A stretch of DNA of 64,000 nucleotides, taken from contig NC_068994.1 in the NCBI RefSeq assembly GCF_001194135.2, positions 9,561,359-9,625,358 on the forward strand, read 5' to 3'. Positions 63,948 to 64,000 of this stretch are shown piece by piece. Below the pieces are notes generated by a model. It saw only the letters and a list, made by a program, of their open reading frames with translations. It was not told the DNA's origin and did not search any database. The DNA is from Octopus bimaculoides (lineage: Eukaryota). A program made the position numbers and the translations under genes. Numbering within the stretch: the stretch's first letter is position 1; each line of letters opens with the position of its first letter.

Positions 63948-64000
63948 AAGTAACTGTCTTACTTGAGAGAAAGAATCTGAAATTCAACATGGCTGAATAT
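63948..64000 (+). CDS. Candidate exon running off the window end, (E)VTVLLERKNLKFNMAEY; alternatively the start ATG is at 63989
   Basis: Strong acceptor cttacttttcatcttgtttcag|; open frame; caacATGG context. Confidence 0.3.

Noticed and set aside
1-64000. CRISPR arrays, rRNA, operons or other prokaryotic systems
   Set aside because: No repeat-spacer arrays, rRNA similarity or dense ORFs; the sequence is eukaryotic and repeat-rich.

Overview
AT-rich animal genomic DNA from a gapped short-read scaffold: 17 N-gaps totalling about 7.3 kb, most of them bordered by (TA)n/(CA)n tracts. The repeat content points to an octopus (cephalopod) genome; this is an inference from my recollection of the SINE families, not a database match. 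No protein-coding gene can be identified with confidence. Nearly all long ORFs in the track are artefacts of N-runs or microsatellites. The window is dominated by (i) tRNA-derived SINEs of about five modular types, which I label A to D plus hybrids, (ii) decayed R4/Dong-type and probable RTE-type LINE relics, (iii) mariner/Tc1 transposase relics, (iv) Penelope-like terminal repeats and (v) dense microsatellites. The most notable observation is a short dispersed repeat (3 copies) whose consensus folds as a minimal type-I hammerhead ribozyme of the Penelope/retrozyme kind, with a compensatory base-pair change in stem I; a second, variant hammerhead-like terminus lies at 60.4 kb. Several low-confidence exon candidates are listed, including a phase-compatible plus-strand chain encoding a signal-peptide-like N-terminus. 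Coordinates of degenerate repeats are approximate (about +/-10-20 nt). All alignments and translations were done by eye.
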